Notes: a model not told the origin generated them from the letters alone. A stretch of 45,189 nucleotides of DNA from Patescibacteria group bacterium (GCA_038065455.1 JBBTQX010000005.1:1-45189), one strand, 5' to 3'. Shown: positions 6,768 through 16,303, numbered from the stretch's first letter. Made by a program: numbers and translations.

Positions 6768-8972
6768 ATGAATTTAGTCATCGTCGAATCACCCACCAAA
6801 GCCAAAACGATTTCAAAATATCTCGACTCGTCTTTCGAGATTCGGGCCAGCGTCGGCCATATCCGGGACCTGCCTAAAAACAACAAGAAGGCTATCGATA
6901 TTCCGGCCGGTTTCGTGCCCCGTTACGAAATAGTGAAGGGCAAGGAAGCGGTCGTGGAGGAGCTGAAAAAATTGGCGAAAAAGGCCAAGATAGTTTATCT
7001 CGCGACCGACCCCGACCGGGAGGGCGAGGCCATCGCCTGGCATATCACCCAAGCCATCAGCTTGGGAAATCCTAAATCCGAAATTCCAAATTCCAAATAT
7101 AAAAGAGTCGTCTTCCACGAAATCACGGAAAATGCCGTAAAAGAGGCGATGAAGCATCCGCGTGAAATTGATTTGAATTTATTGAAAGCCCAGGAGGCCC
7201 GGCGAATATTGGACCGGCTCTTTGGCTACGACCTTTCAGGGCTTATTTGGAAAAAAGTGCGCTACGGCCTCTCGGCCGGCCGCGTGCAATCTCCCGCTCT
7301 CCGCATTCTTATGGAACGCGAACGCGAAATAAAAGCTTTCGTACCCGAAACATTCTGGGCCATCTCCGGAAATTTCCTCACGGGGAAAAACGAGGAGATG
7401 ACTCTTACGTGCGTCAAAGAACCCCGCGACCGGAAAGAGATGGAATATATTATTGAAACGGCCCGAACCGGCAAATGGGCCGTGACCGGCGTGAAGCAGA
7501 CGGAAATAAAACGCTCGCCCCGGCCGCCCTTCACGACTTCCACTCTCCAGCAGGCGGCGAGTTCTCGGCTCGGCTATTCTCCTTCGCGCACGATGTCCAT
7601 CGCCCAGAAACTTTATGAGCAGGGCCTCATTACTTATATGAGAACAGACAGCGTGAATATCAGCAAAGAAATCCTGCCCGCTATCCTAACGGAGGTGGAA
7701 AGCAAATTCGGCAAGGAATATGTAGAACCTCGCGTCTTCGTCACAAAGAGCAAAAATGCGCAGGAAGCCCACGAAGCTGTCCGGCCCACGCAGATAAAAA
7801 AAGGAACGGCCGGGAATACCGAGGAACAGAAACGCCTCTATGCGCTTATCTGGGAACGCACCATCGCAACGCAAATGGCGGATGCAAAACTCCTCCGTAC
7901 GACCGTGACGGCGAATGTGAGTGTGAAAGACATTTTGCCGGATTTCACGGCGAGCGGCAGTATCGTGCTCTTCCCCGGATGGCTCGCGGGCGATCCGCGC
8001 TCGCGCGGCGAAGAAAGAGAAATGCTCCAAGTTTTGAAGGGCGAACCGCTCACTTTGAAAAAAATCGATGAAGAAGAAAAACAAACGGAGCCGCCGCCCC
8101 GCTACACGGAAGCCGGCCTGGTGAAAGAATTGGAAAAAAGGGAAATCGGCCGGCCTTCTACCTATGCCGCCATCATCTTCACCCTGCTCAAAAGGAATTA
8201 TGTGGAAAAAGAGGGCCGGGCGCTCAGGCCCACCGATACCGGCGAAGTGGTGTCCGGATTCGTAGAAAAGAATTTTGAGAATTATATAAGCGACACTTTT
8301 ACGGCCGAGATGGAAAATGACTTGGACAAAATCGCGGACGGCAAGCGGGATTACAAAAAAACCCTCAAGGATTTCTACGGCCCCTTCTCGAAAGACGTGA
8401 AAGCGAAAGATAAGCTGGAAAAAGCCACGACGCTGGGCGAGGATGTCCGCTTCAAATGCCCCCTAGACGAAAGCCACGGCATTATGGACATAAAACTTTC
8501 CCGCACCGGCCGATTCTTGAGCTGTAAGCTTTTTCCGAAATGCATGGGCGCGCGGAAAATTGACGGTTCGATTATGGAACCGCCCAAAGAAACCGGCGAA
8601 ATTTGCCCCAAATGCGGCAAAGGCAAACTGGTGGAAAAAGAAGGCCGCTTCGGCAAGTTCATCGCCTGTTCCACTTATCCGAAATGCAAATTCATCAAAC
8701 AGAGCGAGAACAATATCAAAGGCACGGGCGTAAAATGCCCTCTTTGTCCGCCAGCCGGCGGAGGCGGAGAAATCGCCGAACGCCGAGGGCGCTTCGGGCC
8801 ATTCTTCAGCTGTACCAACTATCCGGAGTGTAAATTCATAATGAAATCCAAGCCCACCGGAAACAAATGCGCCCTTTGCGATTCACTGATGATGGAAGGC
8901 ACGAAAACGATACCCGAAAGGTGCTCGAACAGGGCTTGTCCTAACCACAATCCCCACAAATTGAATAAATAA
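6768..8972 (+). CDS. topA: DNA topoisomerase I
   Basis: LVIVESPTKAKTI, ATDPDREGEAI, SAGRVQS, LITYMRTD, AHEAVRPT, GIGRPSTY-like motif, C-terminal zinc ribbons. Confidence 0.98.
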   Translation: MNLVIVESPTKAKTISKYLDSSFEIRASVGHIRDLPKNNKKAIDIPAGFVPRYEIVKGKEAVVEELKKLAKKAKIVYLATDPDREGEAIAWHITQAISLGNPKSEIPNSKYKRVVFHEITENAVKEAMKHPREIDLNLLKAQEARRILDRLFGYDLSGLIWKKVRYGLSAGRVQSPALRILMEREREIKAFVPETFWAISGNFLTGKNEEMTLTCVKEPRDRKEMEYIIETARTGKWAVTGVKQTEIKRSPRPPFTTSTLQQAASSRLGYSPSRTMSIAQKLYEQGLITYMRTDSVNISKEILPAILTEVESKFGKEYVEPRVFVTKSKNAQEAHEAVRPTQIKKGTAGNTEEQKRLYALIWERTIATQMADAKLLRTTVTANVSVKDILPDFTASGSIVLFPGWLAGDPRSRGEEREMLQVLKGEPLTLKKIDEEEKQTEPPPRYTEAGLVKELEKREIGRPSTYAAIIFTLLKRNYVEKEGRALRPTDTGEVVSGFVEKNFENYISDTFTAEMENDLDKIADGKRDYKKTLKDFYGPFSKDVKAKDKLEKATTLGEDVRFKCPLDESHGIMDIKLSRTGRFLSCKLFPKCMGARKIDGSIMEPPKETGEICPKCGKGKLVEKEGRFGKFIACSTYPKCKFIKQSENNIKGTGVKCPLCPPAGGGGEIAERRGRFGPFFSCTNYPECKFIMKSKPTGNKCALCDSLMMEGTKTIPERCSNRACPNHNPHKLNK

Positions 8973-8981
8973 AAAATCCAA

Positions 8982-9743
8982 TTAGAATGGTGTTAAAATC
9001 TCCGGCCCATTATTCGTAATGACGATAGTTTTTTCGAAATGGGCGCTCATACTTCCGTCTTTCGTGGAGTAGCTCTCATCGCTCTTGTTCTGGCGGATTT
9101 GGGAGGTGCCTGAGGAAACCATCGGTTCGATGGCCAAGACTAATCCTTCCTTCAATTTCATCCCCTCGCCCTTCCGGCCGTAATTGTAGACCGAGGGCTC
9201 CTCGTGGAGTTTCAGACCCACCCCGTGACCCGTAAGGCCCGCTATAATACTCAATCCGTTCGTTTCCACGTGGTTTTCTATGGCCCAGCCGATATCGCCC
9301 AGTGTGTTGTCCTTTCTGGCCTCCGTAATGCCCAATCTTAGGGCTTCCTCGGTCGTTTTAAGCAGCTTCTTCACTTCCGGTGCCACATCTCCCACCGCCA
9401 CGGTCAAAGCCGAATCCGTGATATAACCCTTATAAACCACCCCGAAATCCAACTTCAAAACATCGCCGCTCTGGAGCGCGTAGCTCGTGGGTTCTCCGTG
9501 AACCACTTGATCATTCACCGAGGTGCAAATATTGAAGCTGTAGAGATGAGACGAACCTTCAGATTTGTAATTCAAAAAAGCCGAAGTCGCGCCGGCTTCC
9601 TTAAGCATCTTTTTGGCAAGTTCTTCAAATTCCAAAAGAACAACGCCGACTTTAACTTTGGCACGGAGTGCGAGAAGAATGTCCGTGAGTATTTTTCCGG
9701 AAACGCGCAAACCATCCAAATCTTTTTCGTTTCTGATAATCAT
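8982..9743 (-). CDS. map: Type I methionine aminopeptidase
   Basis: CTSVNDQVVHG, D.G....GY.TD, GHGVG..LHEEP, AIEPM, SAHFE.T. Confidence 0.96.
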   Translation of the reverse strand: MIIRNEKDLDGLRVSGKILTDILLALRAKVKVGVVLLEFEELAKKMLKEAGATSAFLNYKSEGSSHLYSFNICTSVNDQVVHGEPTSYALQSGDVLKLDFGVVYKGYITDSALTVAVGDVAPEVKKLLKTTEEALRLGITEARKDNTLGDIGWAIENHVETNGLSIIAGLTGHGVGLKLHEEPSVYNYGRKGEGMKLKEGLVLAIEPMVSSGTSQIRQNKSDESYSTKDGSMSAHFEKTIVITNNGPEILTPF

Positions 9744-9749
9744 ATCGGG

Positions 9750-10430
9750 TTATTTGAGTTTCAGCGCTTTTTTGACGTTTTCGAAAACTTTGTAGGGCAG
9801 GGGTTCGCCGTTTATTGGAAAAACTTTGAAATTTCTTTTCTTCATTCCGGCGATTATAGGATAAGTGCGGTTGTGGTATTCTTTCAGGCGGACTTTTATC
9901 ACTTCCGGCTTATCAAGCGAGCGCGTGCGCATCTTTCCGGCGCAGAAAGCGCAGTTTTTTATCTTTGTGCCGGATAAAAGCGGTAAGCCACAAACGGAGC
10001 ACACGAGCCGATGACTGTTCCGATCAAGCGATGCTTTCTCGCTCACCTGAAGCTGCACTACGACGATATTGGCTTTGCCATAAAGCCTTTCGAGCACTTT
10101 CGCCAAACCGTTATCTTTCGTTCCGAACGCTTCGGGCAATGTTCTGGGAGAACCGCTGAAAACTATGCTATAGCCCAATTTGGACATTTTTCCGGCGAAC
10201 TGAGCGGTAATCTTAAAAACCCACGAAGGGGTGCAAAGCACGCCCGAATCGAAAATGCGCCGTTCCCGCCGAAGGACCGCGCTTTTCTCCCATCCGGGAG
10301 CTCGGACCAGGCTTTCGATATACCGTCCCGTATCGAAATGAATGAAATTGTATCTCCGCGCCAAAAGCTCCGCCTGTGTTCCCTTCCCGCTTCCCGGCGG
10401 CCCATAGATAATGACGGCTTGTTTTTGCAT
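9750..10430 (-). CDS. adk: Adenylate/nucleoside monophosphate kinase
   Basis: GPPGSGKGTQA P-loop, CxxC...CxxC LID, R..D..E.I..RL.EY...T.P; upstream of map. Confidence 0.85.
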   Translation of the reverse strand: MQKQAVIIYGPPGSGKGTQAELLARRYNFIHFDTGRYIESLVRAPGWEKSAVLRRERRIFDSGVLCTPSWVFKITAQFAGKMSKLGYSIVFSGSPRTLPEAFGTKDNGLAKVLERLYGKANIVVVQLQVSEKASLDRNSHRLVCSVCGLPLLSGTKIKNCAFCAGKMRTRSLDKPEVIKVRLKEYHNRTYPIIAGMKKRNFKVFPINGEPLPYKVFENVKKALKLK

Positions 10431-10516
10431 AATACAATTATATCATCTTTTAAGAAAAATATGGGAACAACTAACACATAATCCCCTATATGCGGCAACT
10501 AAAACTCCGCGGCAGC

Positions 10517-10534
10517 CCTGCCTGCGCAGGCAGG
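10517..10534. repeat. Perfect 18-bp palindrome cctgcctgcgcaggcagg
   Basis: Seen directly, nested inside a larger imperfect stem (10500-10558). Confidence 0.8.
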
Positions 10535-10561
10535 CATTTCCGGAGGGTGGAGGGTTTTCTA

Positions 10562-11113
10562 TTAAACGTCGAATTCGTGAATCGAGGCGTTATCGGGAGT
10601 TTTATCCAACACCTTCTCATTGAAAAGAAGGTGAGCTAATTTTAATATTCCTCCGTGCGCTATTATGAGCACTTTCTTATCGGCATAATCTTTCTTCAGC
10701 ATATCGATGAATTTTATCAGTCTTGTTTTCACATCCTCCATAGACTCCCCTTCGTAGAGCCGATAATCATATTCCTGAGCGAAATCCTTAGTTCTGAAAT
10801 CCGTATCGGAGTCGGAAATGACTTTCATTTCTTCCCAAGTTTTACCGGAGAATATTCCGAAATCCCTTTCCAGGATATCCTTACTTTCCACGATAGGGGC
10901 TTTTATTGCTTCCGCCACGATGTTCGCCGTATGCACCGCCCTCACGAGTGGGGAGGTGAAAATCACGTCAAAATTCTCGTTTGTAAGCTTAGTCGCCAAT
11001 TTTTCCGCCTGTTTAACACCTAAAGCATTCAAATCATCGTTGGTCCGCTGGCCCTGCAATCTCATAGCTTTATTTGAATCCGTTTCCCCGTGCCTTGCAA
11101 TGTATATTTTCAT
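10562..11113 (-). CDS. Histidine phosphatase family protein
   Basis: IARHGET, SPL.RA..TA, E.DFG, GES, IAHGG motifs. Start at MKIYIARHG. Confidence 0.93.
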   Translation of the reverse strand: MKIYIARHGETDSNKAMRLQGQRTNDDLNALGVKQAEKLATKLTNENFDVIFTSPLVRAVHTANIVAEAIKAPIVESKDILERDFGIFSGKTWEEMKVISDSDTDFRTKDFAQEYDYRLYEGESMEDVKTRLIKFIDMLKKDYADKKVLIIAHGGILKLAHLLFNEKVLDKTPDNASIHEFDV

Positions 11114-11207
11114 TAATCCCATTCTACCAAATCCCCACTCCATTCCAAAAGAAACGAAACTGTTCTTCCCGAAGAAGCCTCTCCCATTCTTTTAACTCTA
11201 CCAAGAA

Positions 11208-11361
11208 AGAGCCCTAACCTTATCGTTAAGAAAACTGTTTCGCAGGCCGAGCGGGCACGGTTCCTGAGCCGCGCCGAAGGAGAGCGAGGCCGAGAACAAG
11301 CGCAATCCGCCGGCTGGGGCGGATTGATAGCGTGTTTTCGAGACGGTAAGGTTAGGGCTCT
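11208..11361 (+). repeat. Multibranched palindromic element C at the secY stop codon
   Basis: agagccctaaccttatcgtt / gacggtaaggttagggctct 20-bp stem with two G-U pairs on +. Internal hairpins include caatccgcc...ggcggattg. Confidence 0.65.
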
Positions 11362-12631
11362 AGAATATCCCCTCGTATTCGCGCACCGTCAGTTGGCTCT
11401 CAATCTGCTTCATTATCTCAAGCGCCACCGCCACCACGATAAGGAGCGCCGTGCCGCCGATAGTAAGAGCTTGAATGCCCGTAAATATCTGGGTCAGGTT
11501 CGGAAGGACGGCAATAACGCCCAGGAAGAGCGCACCGAAAAGCGTGATGCGCCGCACAATCCGGCCCACCATCTCCGCCGTCGCCTCGCCCGGCCGAATG
11601 CCCGGAATGAATCCCCCGCTCCGCTGAAGATTCTTGGCGATTTCCTGCGGATCGAAAGTAATCGCCGTATAGAAATAAGTGAAGAGTACGACGAGCGCGA
11701 AGTAAGCCAAGCTGTAAAGCGGAATATTCGCGAAGAAGCCGCTCACAAGTTCGTTCAGTTTCAGGGAAAGCGCCGGAGAAAATATGGAAGCCGCCTGGGC
11801 GATGAATTGCGGAAAGAGCAAAAGCGAAATGGCGAAGATAATAGGAATGACGCCCGCCTGGTTCACGCGGAGAGGCAGATAGGTATTCACGCCGCCGTAC
11901 ATCTTGTTCCCCCGCACCTGCTTGGCATAGGAGACCGGAATTTTCCGCTCGCCCTCGTTCACGAAAACTACGCCCGCGATGACGATAATACTTAGAACCA
12001 CGAAAGCGATGTAGGTCGGAAGCATAGCCGGATTGTAATTGAAGAAAGCCGAGCTCACCTCCTGGGGCAACTGGCTCACAATGCCGGCGAAAATAATCAG
12101 GGATACCCCATTCCCGATCTTGTATTCGGAGATGAGTTCGCCAATCCACATCAAAAAGATGCTGCCGGCCGTGACCACGATAACATTCCCGAAGAAATTG
12201 ACGAAGGACAGTCTATCCAAAATTCCCTGGGAAGTCAGAAGATTCAAAAAGCCGTAGGCCTGAAGAATCGCCAAAGGTACGGTGAGATAGCGTGAGATAC
12301 GATTGAACTTCGCCTGGCCCGCCGCTCCCTCTTCGTAATAGGCCTTCTTGAGATTCGGAAAGACGATAGTCAAAAGCTGCATTATAATGGTGGCCGTGAT
12401 ATACGGACCGACGCCCAACATCATCACCGACAGATTGGAAAGGCCGCCGCCCGAAAATATATTCAGGAAGCTGAAAAGCTGGTTCGAGCCCAAGAATTCC
12501 TGAAGCTTAAGAACATCAATACCCGGAATCGGAATGGTGGCCAGAAGCCGGAAAACGAAAAGCCAGAAAAGGACCATCAGGACCTTCTTTCTCAAATCCG
12601 GAATTTTGAATATCTGGAGAAACCTGTTCAT
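11360..12631 (-). CDS. secY: Preprotein translocase subunit SecY
   Basis: LGVGPYITATIIMQLL, GNGVSLIIFAGI, GVIPIIFA, IPGIRPG, GGTALLIVV. Confidence 0.99.
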   Translation of the reverse strand: MNRFLQIFKIPDLRKKVLMVLFWLFVFRLLATIPIPGIDVLKLQEFLGSNQLFSFLNIFSGGGLSNLSVMMLGVGPYITATIIMQLLTIVFPNLKKAYYEEGAAGQAKFNRISRYLTVPLAILQAYGFLNLLTSQGILDRLSFVNFFGNVIVVTAGSIFLMWIGELISEYKIGNGVSLIIFAGIVSQLPQEVSSAFFNYNPAMLPTYIAFVVLSIIVIAGVVFVNEGERKIPVSYAKQVRGNKMYGGVNTYLPLRVNQAGVIPIIFAISLLLFPQFIAQAASIFSPALSLKLNELVSGFFANIPLYSLAYFALVVLFTYFYTAITFDPQEIAKNLQRSGGFIPGIRPGEATAEMVGRIVRRITLFGALFLGVIAVLPNLTQIFTGIQALTIGGTALLIVVAVALEIMKQIESQLTVREYEGIF

Positions 12632-12635
12632 ATCC

Positions 12636-13055
12636 TTATTTTACACTACCGCCGGCTTTTTCTATCTTGGCCTTCGCCGAAGCGGAAACTTTAATGCCTT
12701 CGAGAGCGAGTGTCTCCTTCAATTCGCCGTTTCCGAGTACCTTTACGCGCTCCGAAAGCCGGCCGATGACTTTTTTCTGCACCAAAATGTTTTTGTCCAA
12801 TTTTCCGCCCACGGCGTACTTTCCGAGATCGCCGACATTAAGCTCGGTGGCTGGTTCCCTCCTGGACTTGTTCTTCACGCCGCGGAGCTTCGGAAGCTTC
12901 GAAATGATGTCCCGCTCGGCCGGGCGCATGCGGCGGCCGGAGCGCGCCTTCTGCCCCTTTTGGCCCTTGCCCGAAGTGGTGCCGCGCTTGCCGCCGCGGC
13001 CGACCCGCTTCTTTCTCTTCTTTGCATTCTTCGATTTTAATTCGTGGGTTTGCAT
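12636..13055 (-). CDS. rplO: 50S ribosomal protein L15
   Basis: RVGRGGKRGTTSGKGQKGQKARSG; VKVLGNGE; S.SA..KIEKAGG. Confidence 0.97.
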   Translation of the reverse strand: MQTHELKSKNAKKRKKRVGRGGKRGTTSGKGQKGQKARSGRRMRPAERDIISKLPKLRGVKNKSRREPATELNVGDLGKYAVGGKLDKNILVQKKVIGRLSERVKVLGNGELKETLALEGIKVSASAKAKIEKAGGSVK

Positions 13056-13056
13056 A

Positions 13057-13560
13057 TTATTTTGATAAGGTTAAAATCCCTAATTTCTTCAGGGCTTCGA
13101 TGGTCGCCATCGCATTCGCCAGTTTATTGGTCGTCCGGCCCAGAATCTTCGCCGAAATATCCTTGATACCCACCATCTCCAAGACGACGCGGGCCGAACC
13201 GCCGGCGATAAGACCATGATTCAAGCGAGCGGGCTTTATACGCACTCGAGCGGCGCCGTACTTTGCCTCGACATCGTAAGGAATGGTGCGATTGTCTTTC
13301 ATAACCACCTTGATGAGATTTTTCTGCGCCTGGCGCTTGGCTTTTTCGACGGAGGCGGCCACGTCGAGACCCTTCGCGATGCCGACGCCCACCCGGCCCT
13401 TGCCATCGCCGATCACAACCGTCGTGCGGAAGCTGAAGCGTTTGCCGCCGGCCATCACGCGGGTCACGCGGCGCACCTCAAGCACCTTGTCGCGGAACTC
13501 GCTCTTGGGCTTCATCGGCCCCCTGTTATTCGAACGGTTGTTGTTTCTCTGGTATGCCAT
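13057..13560 (-). CDS. rpsE: 30S ribosomal protein S5
   Basis: RRVTRVMAGGKRFSFR..VVIGD..GRVG.G; GLIAGG. Confidence 0.98.
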   Translation of the reverse strand: MAYQRNNNRSNNRGPMKPKSEFRDKVLEVRRVTRVMAGGKRFSFRTTVVIGDGKGRVGVGIAKGLDVAASVEKAKRQAQKNLIKVVMKDNRTIPYDVEAKYGAARVRIKPARLNHGLIAGGSARVVLEMVGIKDISAKILGRTTNKLANAMATIEALKKLGILTLSK

Positions 13561-13564
13561 GGGA

Positions 13565-13924
13565 TTATAATTTTAAGCCTCCTTCCCGCGCCGCTTCGGC
13601 GAGCGCTTTTACCCGGCCGTGGTAGCGGTAATTGCCCCGGTCGAAGGCCGCTTCCTTCACTCCTGCTTTCACGGCTTTCTCTGCGAGCGTTTTGCCGACC
13701 GCTTTGGCGATATCCGCCTTTTTGATTTTACCCTTATTCTTGATTTCGAGCGAAGAGGCGGAAGCGAGCGTCTTGCCGGTCGCATCGTCGATAATCTGCG
13801 CGTAGATATGGATATTGCTCCGAAAAACCGAAAGACGCGGCCTCGGCGAGACGCTCTTGATGCGATTCCGGACCCGCTTTGCCCGGCGCATCTTGACCTG
13901 ATTGTGTTTTTTTACGGAATTCAT
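13565..13924 (-). CDS. rplR: 50S ribosomal protein L18
   Basis: [19 protein letters not shown]; [22 protein letters not shown]. Confidence 0.98.
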   Translation of the reverse strand: MNSVKKHNQVKMRRAKRVRNRIKSVSPRPRLSVFRSNIHIYAQIIDDATGKTLASASSLEIKNKGKIKKADIAKAVGKTLAEKAVKAGVKEAAFDRGNYRYHGRVKALAEAAREGGLKL

Positions 13925-13933
13925 ATTTTTGTT

Positions 13934-14485
13934 TTAGGAACTGGCCGAGGCAGTCGCTTTCTTGCCGGCCTTGCGACGGATGACTTCGCCCAAATAATGG
14001 AAGCCTTTGCCTTTATAGGGCTCCGGCTTTTTGAGCGCCCGAATATCCGAGGTTACTTGGCCGACGAGCGCCTTATCCGTTCCTTTGATTTTGAGAATTG
14101 TATTCTTTTCAACTTCGAAAACGATGCCCTTGGGCGCCTCGTATTTCACCGGATGTGAGAAACCAAGATTCAGAGAAAGATTCTCCCCTTCTTTCGCCAT
14201 GCGGTAACCCACGCCGTCGAGAATGAGGGTTTTTTCGAAATCTTTCACGAGTCCGCTTATGGCATTTTGAACGAGCGCCCTCTGAGTGCCCCAATTGCTC
14301 CGATGCTGTTTTGTGGAATTATTAATCGTGAATTTCAATTCATCGGCTTCGAGATTCGAATCCACGCCCGAAAGCACGGGAACGACGAGCTCGCCCTTCT
14401 GGCTCTTTACCCGAATCTCTTTCCCTTCGAATGAGACCGTGATGCCGGCCGGTATTTTAATTGGTTGTTTTCCTATTTTAGACAT
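13934..14485 (-). CDS. rplF: 50S ribosomal protein L6
   Basis: MSKIGKQPI; GVGYR; LGFSHP; PEPYKGKG; RRKAGK. Confidence 0.98.
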   Translation of the reverse strand: MSKIGKQPIKIPAGITVSFEGKEIRVKSQKGELVVPVLSGVDSNLEADELKFTINNSTKQHRSNWGTQRALVQNAISGLVKDFEKTLILDGVGYRMAKEGENLSLNLGFSHPVKYEAPKGIVFEVEKNTILKIKGTDKALVGQVTSDIRALKKPEPYKGKGFHYLGEVIRRKAGKKATASASS

Positions 14486-14496
14486 GTGCCGATTAT

Positions 14497-14709
14497 GTAC
14501 GAATTTTCGAGTCTACGGACGAAGAAAATTCGTCCACAGAAGCGAGCATCCCGCACCTATGCGTAAAATCGCGACTTTTGATTTGAGTTGATGATGTCAT
14601 ATTCGTTCCCTTGTTTTTGTTTTTTATATTTATCATACGCATTAGGTGCGGGATAAGGTTTGATGCTGAAGAATTCTACGCCTTTGGCTTGAATTCTTCA
14701 ATCAAGCCC
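14497..14709. repeat. Composite palindromic spacer: hairpin + family 2 element (14548-14654) + hairpin
   Basis: acgaattttc..gtc-tacg-gac..gaaaattcgt; atcccgcacctatgcgta..AT-rich..tacgcattaggtgcgggat; tgaagaattc..gaattcttca. Confidence 0.7.
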
Positions 14710-15081
14710 TTACCAGATTTCGAATAAAAGCTGTCCGCCGACCTTCTCCCTTCTGGCCCGCTCATCCGTCAGAATGCCCTTAGGAGTCGTTAAAACCAAT
14801 GTACCATAGCCGCCCTTCACTTTCTTGAGCTCGCGGTAGCCGGCGTAGTTCCTCAAAGAGGGCTTGCTCCGGAATTTTAATCCGCTGATTTTCTTCGCGC
14901 CGTCCAATTCTATCTCGAGATATTTCTTGTATGACTTGCCTTTGAGCTCGACGCTTTTCACGAAGCCGCGCTCGGAGAGCACATCCGCCACCGCTTTGTC
15001 GGCTTTGGTGGCCGTGACTTTAAGAATCGGCTTGCCAGCCGCCTGGGCATTTTTTATTTTTATGAGTAAATCTATGTACAT
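14710..15081 (-). CDS. rpsH: 30S ribosomal protein S8
   Basis: DLLIKIKNA; SKPSLR.Y; G.G...LTTPKGILT...AR..KVGG. Start at MYIDLL. Confidence 0.96.
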   Translation of the reverse strand: MYIDLLIKIKNAQAAGKPILKVTATKADKAVADVLSERGFVKSVELKGKSYKKYLEIELDGAKKISGLKFRSKPSLRNYAGYRELKKVKGGYGTLVLTTPKGILTDERARREKVGGQLLFEIW

Positions 15082-15091
15082 ATTGTTTTTA

Positions 15092-15219
15092 CCAGGCAGT
15101 GAAAATGCGATTGCAAACTTCGTTTGAATCGGCAACTTTCATTATTTCCAATGACTTTTTTAAGTTTTTCATAATTTTGATGTTTTTCGTTTTATTATAA
15201 TCGCATTTCTACTGCCTGG
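15092..15219. mobile_element. MITE/ERIC-like family 1 element
   Basis: Same terminal inverted repeats as 6638-6762; one base after the rpsN TAA. Confidence 0.82.
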
Positions 15220-15220
15220 C

Positions 15221-15406
15221 TTACCAGCTGGCTTTTTTTATTCCTGGGATATGGCCTTTCGAAGCCATTTCGCGGAAACATATTCGGCAAAGATTGAAAT
15301 CACAAATATAGCCCCTCTTGCGCCCGCACCGGAAACAGCGCAAAACCTTCCGGGTGCTGAATTTCGGTTTCTTTTCGCTTCTTGCAATGACGGATTTTTT
15401 GGCCAT
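15221..15406 (-). CDS. rpsN: 30S ribosomal protein S14 (type Z, zinc-binding)
   Basis: 61 aa; RCFRCGR...LCRICFRE...IPGIKKASW. Confidence 0.97.
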   Translation of the reverse strand: MAKKSVIARSEKKPKFSTRKVLRCFRCGRKRGYICDFNLCRICFREMASKGHIPGIKKASW

Positions 15407-15434
15407 ATAATTAATTTTTGTTAGGTGTGGGGGT

Positions 15435-15923
15435 TTATTTTTTCAATGGTAACCCGAGCCGGCGATACAAAGCAATCGCGGCTTCGCGGTTTTTCTTCCG
15501 GGGAACAATCGTGACCTGGAGCCCGAAGCTGGTTTTGGATTTTTCCTGGTCGATCTCCGGGAAAACGTCGTGTTCTTTGAAACCGATATTGAGATTGCCG
15601 CTTTCATCAATATTGCTCAACTCCAATCCGCGGAAGTCCTTCACGCGGGGCAGGGCCAAATTCACGAGCCGCTCGAAAAAATCTTCCATGTGCTTCTGGC
15701 GGAGGGTAACCTTGAGGCCGATAATCTGATTTTCCCTGATTTTGAAGCCCGCGATAGATTTCTTGGCCGCGCGGATCGAAGCTTTCTGACCCGTGATAGC
15801 GGCGAATTCCTTTTCCACTTCCGGCAGGATTTTCTCCTCGAATTGCCCCTGCTGGCTCAACCGGCCCAAGCCGGCGTTCACCACGATTTTTTCGATTTCT
15901 TGCCTTAAAAGTTTTTCTGTCAT
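15435..15923 (-). CDS. rplE: 50S ribosomal protein L5
   Basis: KIVVNAG.G; ITGQK....[12 protein letters not shown]; LPRVKDFRG; FPEI. Probable start MTEKLL. Confidence 0.96.
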   Translation of the reverse strand: MTEKLLRQEIEKIVVNAGLGRLSQQGQFEEKILPEVEKEFAAITGQKASIRAAKKSIAGFKIRENQIIGLKVTLRQKHMEDFFERLVNLALPRVKDFRGLELSNIDESGNLNIGFKEHDVFPEIDQEKSKTSFGLQVTIVPRKKNREAAIALYRRLGLPLKK

Positions 15924-15988
15924 TATAATTTTTACTACTTTAGTATTTTTCATATTTTTTGTGTAATGATGGCGGGGTAAGTGTGCCC

Positions 15989-16294
15989 TTATATTGTCGC
16001 TTGGCACTTCCGGCAGAAGCGGACTTTGATTTTATTATCCAGGCGATGGCCGACTCGCGTCGCTTTGTGGCAAGAAGAACAAACGAGCATTATATTGGAA
16101 ACGTTCATCGGGCGCGAAAGCTCGATTGTCTGGCCCTTTTCGCCCTGGCGCTTCGGCCGAACATGCTTTTTGTATAAATTCAAACCTTCCACGCTCACGC
16201 GATCGGATTTCTGGTCGATCATAATCACCTTCCCCGTTTTACCGCGGTTCTTTCCGGCTAATACTTTTATCATGTCGCCTTTCTTAATATCCAT
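15989..16294 (-). CDS. rplX: 50S ribosomal protein L24
   Basis: IKKGD.IKVLAGK.RGK.GKV KOW motif; VEGLNL.KKH. Confidence 0.97.
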   Translation of the reverse strand: MDIKKGDMIKVLAGKNRGKTGKVIMIDQKSDRVSVEGLNLYKKHVRPKRQGEKGQTIELSRPMNVSNIMLVCSSCHKATRVGHRLDNKIKVRFCRKCQATI

Positions 16295-16303
16295 ATTATT
16301 TTA

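Noticed and set aside
15088-15172. Small peptide MKNLKKSLEIMKVADSNEVCNRIFTAW inside a family 1 element
   Set aside because: The homologous copy at 16304-16430 shifts frame, so the peptide is not conserved.
14710-16007. Extended N-termini of S8 and L5 in the ORF track
   Set aside because: The extensions run through repeat elements or the upstream gene; homology begins at downstream ATGs (15081, 15923).
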